Source of the DNA: Candidatus Limiplasma sp.
GTDB lineage: Bacteria; Bacillota; Clostridia; Christensenellales; Aristaeellaceae
Direction: 5' to 3'
DNA: 64,000 nt
Assembly: GCA_035353615.1 (NCBI GenBank)
Contig: DAOPZY010000007.1
Span: 20,373 to 84,372, forward strand
The notes below the pieces were generated by a model. The model ran no database searches. It had not been told where the DNA came from and was given only the letters and a program-made list of their open reading frames with translations. This document shows positions 19,916-27,699 of this stretch, in pieces. Position numbers and translations under genes: made by a program. Position 1 is the first letter of the stretch; each line of letters opens with the position of its first letter.

Positions 19916-20542
19916 ATGCCGAACAAACTGTTCTTCCGCATCCCAACCCACAACCGCACCAAGGTATTGCTGTGCTACCTGCTGGCATGGGGGGTAGCGT
20001 TGCTGTTGCCCTATCTGGGGCTGACGCGGCTGTACCCGTATAAACTGGCAGGCTCCGCGCCGGAAGTGTCCCAGAGCGTGCTCAGCCTGCCGTTGGCGTT
20101 GCCCGGCACGGTCAAAGAATTGCTTACCGCCGCGCAGTTCTCCTCGGACATGAGCCCTGCAGCGCTCAGCGTGGCAATCGCGGCCCGCGACCGGCTGTGG
20201 CGTTACGCGGTGGCCGGGGTGATGGCGCTGGCGGCGCTTTTAAGCCTGCTGTGGCAACTGCTGTGGCGCGTTCGATACCGCAGACCCAAACAGGCGGCCC
20301 GGGCAGCCATGAGGGCCGTTATGGACTATCATCTGTCCATGGCGGGGATTATCGCGCTGAACGCGCTTATGGCGTTGGCGCTGTACCTGCTGGGCGTGCG
20401 GTGGATCGGCGGGCGCACCGTGTGGGATTATCTGGTGTATTTCAGCGGCTTTGTGCTCAACCCCCTCGCGGCGATGGTCTGTTTTCGGCTGGCCGCGCCC
20501 CCGGCCATATCGGGCAAACACGGGTTTTTCAGGCGGCTGTAA
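19916..20542 (+). CDS. Small integral membrane protein (about 4 TM helices), function unknown
   Basis: 208 aa with hydrophobic segments VLLCYLLAWGVALLLPYLGL, YAVAGVMALAALLSLLWQLLW, MAGIIALNALMALALYLLGV and YLVYFSGFVLNPLAAMVCF. Same strand, 66 nt after the lipoprotein gene. Confidence 0.6.
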   Translation: MPNKLFFRIPTHNRTKVLLCYLLAWGVALLLPYLGLTRLYPYKLAGSAPEVSQSVLSLPLALPGTVKELLTAAQFSSDMSPAALSVAIAARDRLWRYAVAGVMALAALLSLLWQLLWRVRYRRPKQAARAAMRAVMDYHLSMAGIIALNALMALALYLLGVRWIGGRTVWDYLVYFSGFVLNPLAAMVCFRLAAPPAISGKHGFFRRL

Positions 20543-20649
20543 CGTTGTGCGGAAGCGCGCGCCGAAACGGGGGTTTCCGCTGTGCCTTGCGCACGGAAAC
20601 GCCGGCGGCAGGCGGCTCGCTTTCTGATCCTTGACCGACAGGAGGCCCT

Positions 20650-22755
20650 ATGTCCAACTATCTGCTTGCCATTGGCGGCACCGGCAACAAAATTCTGGAG
20701 GCGCTTGTCTATGCCTGCGCGGCGGACGCCCTCTATACCCTGGATGAAGATCGCCGCCCGGTTCCGCTTGCGGAGGTGCGGGCGCTGATTGTGGATGTGG
20801 ACGCAGCCTGCGGCAACACCACCCGCGCCAAGCAGGCAGCCGAACATTACGAGGCTGTGCGCGGGGCTTTCGCCGCGTCGCGCGTGCCTCATCGGGGCTT
20901 TCATACGGCGCTGAGCGTGGAGCGCTGGAACATGAACCTTGCCAAGCGCGCAAGCTCGGTCGCGGGCATTACGCAAAACCACCGGCGGGATCGCCTGCTT
21001 GCGGACAGCCTTTTTTCCCGCACAGAGGCCGAGCTGGAATACAGCGAAGGGTTTCGGGGGCATCCGGACCTTGGCGTGCTTTTTTTTGCGGATTTGCTCA
21101 ACAATCTGGACGCGTTGGCCGCCGAGGGCCAGCCAGACGAGATGGTCACGCTGCTTAAAACGATTCGCGCGGAGCTGGACGCGGGCGAAACCGTGTCGGT
21201 GATGCTGGCGGGGTCCATATTCGGCGGCACGGGCGCGAGCGGCATCCCCAGCATTTCCCGCTTTCTGCGGGAACGCTTTCGGGACCGCGCGGACCGGTTT
21301 GTGCTTTCGGCGGTGCTGATGCTGCCTTACTATGAGGTGCCGCCCGCCACCGCCGACGAAACGATGGAAATCGTCGTCAAATCCTCAGCGTTTTTGGACA
21401 AGGCCCGCACAGCCCTGCAATATTACGGCATGGAAGGAATGATCCGCGCCGGGGAGGACGACGCGCGCGGCGTGTACGACGCGCTCTACCTGCTGGGCCT
21501 GCCCCGGGAGGCGTTTGTGACCCAGCGCATCTACTCCACAGGCTCGCAAAGCCAGGAAAACGACGCGCACCTGCTGGAATGGCTGGCCGTGCGCTGCGCC
21601 GCGCAGTTTTACCGCACGGGTTTCCGCGGGGCGGACGCGCACAACATCGACTGCTATTATTACCAGTGGCACAGCCGCGATGTGTCCTGGGATTGTTTTG
21701 ACGCGGAAAGCGCCCTGTACAAAAACGCCTACGGCGGGCTGATGAAAAGCGCCGCGCTGTTTTTTGCCGAGTGTTACCCCACGCTGCGCGCCTGCATCCG
21801 GGAGGAAGCCAAACGCGAAGCCCGCACCGTGAATTACTGGACCGCCTATTTTTATGACGCGCGCCGGTTAAACGGCGCTCAGCGCGCCCAGCTGGAAAAA
21901 CTGATCGACTCGCTGTACCGGCTTTTCGCGTTTTACGCCAATTGGATGTGGCAGGTATTGCGCACGCTTCCGCCAACCCTTCGCCCGGAAAAACCGGGCG
22001 AGGCGGACGCGCGGGCGCTGGCGGAGCTGTACACCCGCCTGATTGACGCGCGCGGCGTGTTAGCCCAGTACGAAACCGCGCCCGCCGCCCACACCGCCGC
22101 GGAAGCGGAAACCTTGCAGGGCGAGGCGGCTGCTTTGGGCGAACAGCTCAACCGGCAGATCGTAACCGCCGGGGGGCACGCGTACCTCACGGCGGTCAAG
22201 GCGGAAAAAACGCGGCGCGCCGGGCAGCTGGAAAGCCAGCGGCAGGCGCTGCGCGAGCAGGAGGAGCGCATAGCTCTTTGGGAAGGGGAGGACGCGCGCT
22301 ATATGGACCCGCAAACCCTCCAGCAGGAAAAAGCCCGTTATGAAGCCATGCAGCGGGCTTACGCCGGCATGGCGGACCGGCTTTCGCTGGTGCAGGAGGA
22401 CGAAATGCGCGCCGTGGAGCGCCGCGTGGCCGATACGCCCGCGCTGGCGACCGATCTGGAATTGCCGGATAACGGGCTGTTTGAGCCGGAAGCGCTTAAT
22501 GCCCTGCACGAGTTGCTCACCCTGTACGGCGCGGGGGAAGAAGCGCGCGATATGCGGGCCGTGGAGGCCCTGCGAAAAACCCTGTGGGAGCGCCTGCACC
22601 GCCTGATTGCCCAACGCGTGCCCGATCGCCTGACGGCGGTGCAGGCCGTCGCGGGCATGGGCGGCGGCAACCGGATGGGCGAAGGCCCGCAGGCCGCGTT
22701 TGCAAGCTTTACGGCGGCTTTGCTGGCAGCCGTTGTGGAGGAGGAAAACCCATGA
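20650..22755 (+). CDS. Divergent tubulin/FtsZ-superfamily GTPase-like protein with C-terminal coiled coil
   Basis: 701 aa with RBS AGGAGG. It has an N-terminal glycine loop LLAIGGTGNKILEAL (T1-like), then GFRGHPDLG, then SIFGGTGASGIPS at residues ~188-200 (T4 tubulin-signature-like; nt 21211-21246). Residues ~470-600 are E/R/Q/A/L-rich heptad-like helix. Confidence 0.65.
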   Translation: MSNYLLAIGGTGNKILEALVYACAADALYTLDEDRRPVPLAEVRALIVDVDAACGNTTRAKQAAEHYEAVRGAFAASRVPHRGFHTALSVERWNMNLAKRASSVAGITQNHRRDRLLADSLFSRTEAELEYSEGFRGHPDLGVLFFADLLNNLDALAAEGQPDEMVTLLKTIRAELDAGETVSVMLAGSIFGGTGASGIPSISRFLRERFRDRADRFVLSAVLMLPYYEVPPATADETMEIVVKSSAFLDKARTALQYYGMEGMIRAGEDDARGVYDALYLLGLPREAFVTQRIYSTGSQSQENDAHLLEWLAVRCAAQFYRTGFRGADAHNIDCYYYQWHSRDVSWDCFDAESALYKNAYGGLMKSAALFFAECYPTLRACIREEAKREARTVNYWTAYFYDARRLNGAQRAQLEKLIDSLYRLFAFYANWMWQVLRTLPPTLRPEKPGEADARALAELYTRLIDARGVLAQYETAPAAHTAAEAETLQGEAAALGEQLNRQIVTAGGHAYLTAVKAEKTRRAGQLESQRQALREQEERIALWEGEDARYMDPQTLQQEKARYEAMQRAYAGMADRLSLVQEDEMRAVERRVADTPALATDLELPDNGLFEPEALNALHELLTLYGAGEEARDMRAVEALRKTLWERLHRLIAQRVPDRLTAVQAVAGMGGGNRMGEGPQAAFASFTAALLAAVVEEENP

Positions 22756-25700
22756 AGCGTAACCGCAAAGATGAGCGCAAAGCGGAGCTGGACCGCAATA
22801 CCTCCTACCTCACGCTGCTGCCGACGATGGACGAAGGCTTTCATACCGGGTACCAGACCCGCGCGGGCGTGGTGAGCGATGGAAACCAGAAGCCCCACGA
22901 GTGGCTGGAAAGCGTCGCCCGCAACCTGCTGACCCCGGGGGAGGACGTCGGTTACGCCATCCCGGATGTGCTGGCGGGGGAAGCCCAGCTTCGCCGCCTG
23001 ATGCGCCTACCCTTTGAGGACGCGATGCGCCATCAGGAGATGCTGGATTGGCGCGGCGCGCTAGCAACCTTGCTGCTGTGGGACGGTTGGGCGCAGGACG
23101 ACACCTGGCCCCAGCTGGCTTGCGAAAACATGCTGGACGGCGAAAGCGGCGATTTTATCAAAAGCGTGCGGGCCGCTCTGCCGGCCGGCCGCGAAAAGTT
23201 TGGGCTGTGGCTGTTTACCCTGTCGGTGGAGCGGGACGGCGTGCCGGAACGCAAGGCGATCGGCATGCTCTCGCCCACGGTCGCGCTGGCGCCCGCGGCG
23301 AACCCCGGCGACCTTTCCTCGCTGCTGCCGGAGTGCGTGCGGTGGTACAACCGCAAGCGCAAACGATTTGAGGACCCCTGTTCCTGGCTTGGCGAGGCGG
23401 ACCGCGCCCGGCTGGTGCAGCGGTTGCGCTATTTACAGGCCCTCAACGAGCGCGCGGAACTGAAAAGCGTGCTGTATGCGGCCGACGCTTCGCTATGCGG
23501 GTTGCTCGACCATTTTGTGAGCGATTTGATGGCGCGGCGCGGGTCGTGGCGGGAAAGGCTGGAAGCCGGGGACCCCCGTGCCGAGCGCGAGCTGTACATC
23601 CGCACGCTGGCGGTGTACGGGCTGGGTGAAATCAGCGTTTTACCGGGGCTGACCCGGCGCGATGATCCGCTTTCACTTTCAGAGCTTGCGCAAAACCCGC
23701 TGCTGGCGCGCCTCGCGCCCACAAACACCGTAGCGCCCGCCGAGCTGGGCGGCGCGAGCGCGGTCACCTACAGCTATCAGGGCAAAGCGTTTGCCATGGA
23801 AAGCCCGCTGTACCTTCTGGAGCCGGCCAACGCGCCCGAGGAAATGGACACGCTGCGCCAACTGTGGCAGGAGCTGAGCCTGCCCGCCCAGTTTGACGGG
23901 GAGTGGAACCGCCAGATTGCCCGCCGTTTTCTGGCGTTGGCCAACCGGCTGACCGGTCGGCTGGGAGCCAGCCGCAAGGTGATCGCCATGCTCCGGGAAT
24001 GGAGCCAGCGCCACGCGGCCTACCGGGAATCGGGCGACCGCTCCGTGGCGTTTCAGCTGCCCCTGAAGGACGCGCCCGCCACGCTGGCCGGCCTGAGCGC
24101 GGAAATGATCGGCCTGACCGACCCCAGCGTGCTGACCGGCGCGTTTTCAGACTGTCTTTTGCTGTGCGAGGGCGTGATGCCTTTCCATTTGCCGGTGCTG
24201 AACGATCGCTGCGCCGTGCGCGGCGCTGAAAACCTCTACGCCGTGCCGCCCATCAGCTCCGCGCTGGCGCTGTGGCTTTCCGAAACCGCCGGCGACGCGC
24301 AGGAGGATTACTTCCGCCCGACGCTGCCTGAGGACGCGTTTGCCTTTGAGGCGTTTGAAGATGAAGAAGGCCGCAAGGTGCGGGCGCATATGCGCCTGAC
24401 CCGCCGCCGCCGGGCGGAGGGCGCGGCGTTCCAGAACCGTATTGAGCTGACGCGCGTGTACCGGATGGGCGCGGAATTTGCGGAGGGGATGGCGGTGCCC
24501 GTCGCCGCGCGTGAATTGCCCACCGTGCGCTTTTGGCCGGCCGCTCGCCTCGCCGCGGGGCAGTGGAGCGCGTACTACGTGCTGTCCCAAAAACCGGACG
24601 CAGTGGATGTGGCGGTGCCCACCGGGAATGGGTGGGCGCAGGGCGAACCGCGCCGCGCCGTGGACGACAGTGAGCGCAGCACGCCGACGGAACGCCGCTG
24701 GCAAATAGCCCGCACCGAGCGCTGGCCGTTGTATGTGGGGCTGATGCGCGGCAAGCTGTGCCTGGGCGCGCTGCCCAACGACGAGCCGCTTTCTCAGTTG
24801 AAACGCGAAGGCCCCGCCGCCGTGGCCATCGACTTTGGCTCCAATGCCACCACGGTGATGATGCGTCAGGGCGAACATATCCGGCCTGCGGCGCTATCCC
24901 CCAGGTTGCTGAAAACGCTTTTGCAGGGGCGCTCCGGGGATGATCTGCTCCTGCCGGACGAGCTGTTGCCGGCCGTAACCTATCAGGACGAGGCGCGCCC
25001 CTCCACGTTTGGCAGCGTGATGGACCTGTTTGGCGATGATGAAGAAAAATGGAACGCGCCGCTGATTGACGGGCATATTTACTACCCGCGCGATCTGGCT
25101 TCGCTTTTGCGCAAAAACCCCAATACGCTGTACTATGACCTGAAATGGGGCGACGAGTCTTATCAGGTGCGCTGTTTACGCCTGTTTATCAAGCAAACCA
25201 TGCTGCAAGCCTCGCTGGCGGCGCGGCTGAGCGGTTCCCCTTCGGTGAGCTGGCGGGTGTCCATGCCCAACGCCATGCCCCTGCCCCGGCAGGAAGCCTA
25301 TCTGGAAACGGTGCGCGGCCTCGCGCGGGAGGTGGCTGCCGAAACCGGAATGCCGCTGACCCAGGGTGTGCCCGCGGCGCTTTTTGCCAGTGAGAACCAG
25401 GCGGATGGCCTCTATTTCCGCCGCCGTAACGAGGTGAACGCCCGCAGCGGCTACCTGAACATGGATGTGGGCGGCGGCACCACCGACCTGAGCGTGTGGC
25501 TGGGCGGCGCTCCATTTGCGACGCTGGAAACCTCGCTGCTGCTGGGTTGCCGGCAAATCCTGTTCGAATCGCTGAGCGCGCGCCACCGCGACGAGTTCGA
25601 AGCGGATTTTGCCCGCGCGGAGGATGGGTTGAAAAACCTTGTGCGGGATTTGACGCGCGCGTTTGCGCGCGGCGACGCCTCCCTTCGGGCGCGCCAGAAG

Positions 25701-26393
25701 AATGTGTTTTTGCTGGACGCTTTTTTTGCCGGATATGGCGAGAGCGTCGCGGCCATGATGGCGCAGGCGCGCGCGCAGGGTCGCGTGAGCCTGCTGGAAA
25801 GCCTGCTTTTGCTCAATTTTGGGTTTCTGTTCCGGCTGTGCGGAGAAATGCTGGACCGTTGCGACCGGGCGGAGGAAAGCCGGGCGCAGTTGCGCCCGCG
25901 CATGGAAATCTGCGTTGCGGGCAACGGCGGGCAATTCCTGAAGTATTTTGACGAGGACGCGCGCAATAAGCTGTTCCGGCTGGCGCTTTCGGGGCTGAAC
26001 CCGCGCCACCCGGTGCAGGAACTGTTGCTGGTGCAAAGCCGCCACCCGAAACAGGAGGTGGCGATTGGTCTTTTAGCGGACGACAGCCGCCTGCGAAGCT
26101 CCGTGCAGGGCACAGAAGCGATCAGCCCCGCGCAGGCGGCGGCCGCCGATCCGGACAAACGCCGCCACTTGCTCAGGGAATACCTGCTGGCGTTTTACGC
26201 CGCGTTTCCGCAGGCGGGGGAAAAGCTGATGGGCAACGCCTTTGACCCGGAGGGCGGCGCGCGCCTTGTGCGCCTGAAGCCCGCCGCGGAAATTGAGCTG
26301 GAAGCGATTTTGGATAACGAGTTGAGCGAGGGCGACGAGTTTTCCGGCTACGTGCGCGCCTTTGCCGGCATGAAGCGTTTGTGGGGCATCTGA
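22752..26393 (+). CDS. Giant protein with a C-terminal actin/Hsp70-like (ASKHA) ATPase core; N-terminal ~690 aa unassigned
   Basis: 1213 aa from ATG 22752, preceded by GGAGGAGGA. An ATGA overlap with the upstream stop implies translational coupling. The track start at 22584 would overlap the upstream gene by 170 nt. Phosphate-1 is AVAIDFGSNATTV (nt ~24822-24857), phosphate-2 is NMDVGGGTTDLSVW (~25458-25500) and the adenosine motif is ICVAGNGGQFL (~25906-25945). Confidence 0.7.
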   Translation: MKRNRKDERKAELDRNTSYLTLLPTMDEGFHTGYQTRAGVVSDGNQKPHEWLESVARNLLTPGEDVGYAIPDVLAGEAQLRRLMRLPFEDAMRHQEMLDWRGALATLLLWDGWAQDDTWPQLACENMLDGESGDFIKSVRAALPAGREKFGLWLFTLSVERDGVPERKAIGMLSPTVALAPAANPGDLSSLLPECVRWYNRKRKRFEDPCSWLGEADRARLVQRLRYLQALNERAELKSVLYAADASLCGLLDHFVSDLMARRGSWRERLEAGDPRAERELYIRTLAVYGLGEISVLPGLTRRDDPLSLSELAQNPLLARLAPTNTVAPAELGGASAVTYSYQGKAFAMESPLYLLEPANAPEEMDTLRQLWQELSLPAQFDGEWNRQIARRFLALANRLTGRLGASRKVIAMLREWSQRHAAYRESGDRSVAFQLPLKDAPATLAGLSAEMIGLTDPSVLTGAFSDCLLLCEGVMPFHLPVLNDRCAVRGAENLYAVPPISSALALWLSETAGDAQEDYFRPTLPEDAFAFEAFEDEEGRKVRAHMRLTRRRRAEGAAFQNRIELTRVYRMGAEFAEGMAVPVAARELPTVRFWPAARLAAGQWSAYYVLSQKPDAVDVAVPTGNGWAQGEPRRAVDDSERSTPTERRWQIARTERWPLYVGLMRGKLCLGALPNDEPLSQLKREGPAAVAIDFGSNATTVMMRQGEHIRPAALSPRLLKTLLQGRSGDDLLLPDELLPAVTYQDEARPSTFGSVMDLFGDDEEKWNAPLIDGHIYYPRDLASLLRKNPNTLYYDLKWGDESYQVRCLRLFIKQTMLQASLAARLSGSPSVSWRVSMPNAMPLPRQEAYLETVRGLAREVAAETGMPLTQGVPAALFASENQADGLYFRRRNEVNARSGYLNMDVGGGTTDLSVWLGGAPFATLETSLLLGCRQILFESLSARHRDEFEADFARAEDGLKNLVRDLTRAFARGDASLRARQKNVFLLDAFFAGYGESVAAMMAQARAQGRVSLLESLLLLNFGFLFRLCGEMLDRCDRAEESRAQLRPRMEICVAGNGGQFLKYFDEDARNKLFRLALSGLNPRHPVQELLLVQSRHPKQEVAIGLLADDSRLRSSVQGTEAISPAQAAAADPDKRRHLLREYLLAFYAAFPQAGEKLMGNAFDPEGGARLVRLKPAAEIELEAILDNELSEGDEFSGYVRAFAGMKRLWGI

Positions 26394-26849
26394 GCGGACC
26401 TTGGAAGGTTCGGGTCACCCGCCGGCGGATCGGAACAACGCAGCCATACTGTAAGTCAGACTGCTGAAAAACCCTCGCCGCAACGAAAAGGGGTCAGGGG
26501 CAATGCTCCTGTGGGGCACGGCGGCGAGGCCCCCTGCCCGTCGGAGCCCTTATGCGGCAACCTGTAAACACCACGGGTGCCGAAGGCACAATGGGGTGCG
26601 GCTTATGGACTCTATCCGGTCTGCCAACGGGCTGGCTGTATGAAGTTCCCTTGGCTAAAGGATAACCCTCCGCGCCGCCGATTGGCGGGCAGAAAACCGC
26701 AAGGGCTACAACGAAACAACCTGGGCGCAACGCCGGCCGGCAATGCCTCAATACCGCGGGCTATACCGTTTGCACCCCGAAGCATTTGCGAGAGCCTGCA
26801 ACACGCAACGCCTTGGTTTGCGCCGGAGGCGCGCCCTGTGCGCCCCCGG

Positions 26850-27551
26850 TTACGCCTTTTCCAACCCAAGCGCCAGCCGGGCGGCTTTTTCGGCGTGCAC
26901 AACCGTGGTGTCTAAAAGCGGCACCGGCGTATCCGTTTGGCTTACCAGCATGCCGATTTCGGTGCAGCCGAGGATCGCGGCCTGCGCGCCCGCGTCCGCC
27001 ATGCGCCGGATCACCCGGAGGTAGGCTTCCCTGCTCTGCGGCAGCACACGGCCAAAGCAAAGCTCGTCAAAGATCACGCGGTGCAGCATCTCGCGCTCCT
27101 CCGGCGTGGGGATATCCACCTGAAGGCCGCGCGCGCGGAGGCGTTCCCGGTAAAAATCCTGCTCCATGGTGTAGCGCGTGCCCAGCAGCGCCACGCGGGC
27201 GTAGCCGGCGGCGAGCGCTGCGTCGGCGGTCGCGTCCGCAATGTGGATGAAAGGCACGCGGATCGCTTCTTCAATTTGCGCGCAGCTTTTGTGCATGGTG
27301 TTGGTGCCCAGCAGCACAAAATCCGCCCCGCCGCATTCCAGCCGCCGGGCCGCGTCCGCGAGCAGCTCGCCCACGGCTGTCCAATCCTCCTTGCGCTGCT
27401 CGGCCTCCACCTCGGCAAAGTCTACGCTGTACAGCAATATCTTTGCGCTGTGGTACCCCCCCAGCGCCCCGTTTACGCGCTCGTTGACAATCCGGTAATA
27501 CGTTTGGGTGCTTTCCCAGCTCATGCCGCCGATGAGTCCAATGGTTTTCAT
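26850..27551 (-). CDS. Aspartate/glutamate racemase family protein (aspartate racemase-like)
   Basis: 233 aa from ATG 27551 (RBS GGAGGG). N-terminus MKTIGLIGGMSWEST and the second catalytic Cys motif ILGCTEIGML. The track N-terminal extension is not supported. Confidence 0.85.
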   Translation of the reverse strand: MKTIGLIGGMSWESTQTYYRIVNERVNGALGGYHSAKILLYSVDFAEVEAEQRKEDWTAVGELLADAARRLECGGADFVLLGTNTMHKSCAQIEEAIRVPFIHIADATADAALAAGYARVALLGTRYTMEQDFYRERLRARGLQVDIPTPEEREMLHRVIFDELCFGRVLPQSREAYLRVIRRMADAGAQAAILGCTEIGMLVSQTDTPVPLLDTTVVHAEKAARLALGLEKA

Positions 27552-27619
27552 GCGCAACCCTCCCTGTTGGTAAATTGCAGGGATTGTACAGCGAAACCCG
27601 CGCCGCGTCAAGAGGGATG

Positions 27620-27648
27620 TTTGACAAACCGCCCCCCGCATGGTATCC
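27620..27648 (+). promoter_or_regulatory. Candidate promoter for the GT2/membrane-protein pair
   Basis: Perfect -35 TTGACA (27620-27625), a 17-nt spacer, then TGgTATCCT (27640-27648). Confidence 0.5.
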
Positions 27649-27699
27649 TTTGGCTGATTGTTCCGCCTGTTCAAAAAACGCGCTTCGGAGGCGTTACCG

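Noticed and set aside
22584-22751. Upstream in-frame ATG giving a 1269-aa version of the actin-fold protein
   Set aside because: It would overlap the tubulin-like gene by 170 nt and encode a Gly/Arg/Pro-rich peptide. ATG 22752 has a strong GGAGGAGGA site and the ATGA coupling overlap.
26394-26849. Possible small gene, pseudogene or ncRNA in the 456-bp gap after the actin-fold gene
   Set aside because: Only short Arg/Pro/Gly-rich ORFs without RBS are present. The content is largely degenerate copies of the dispersed repeat modules (ggggtcaggggcaatgctcc, gtgccgaaggcacaatggggtgcgg). There is no recognisable RNA family signature.
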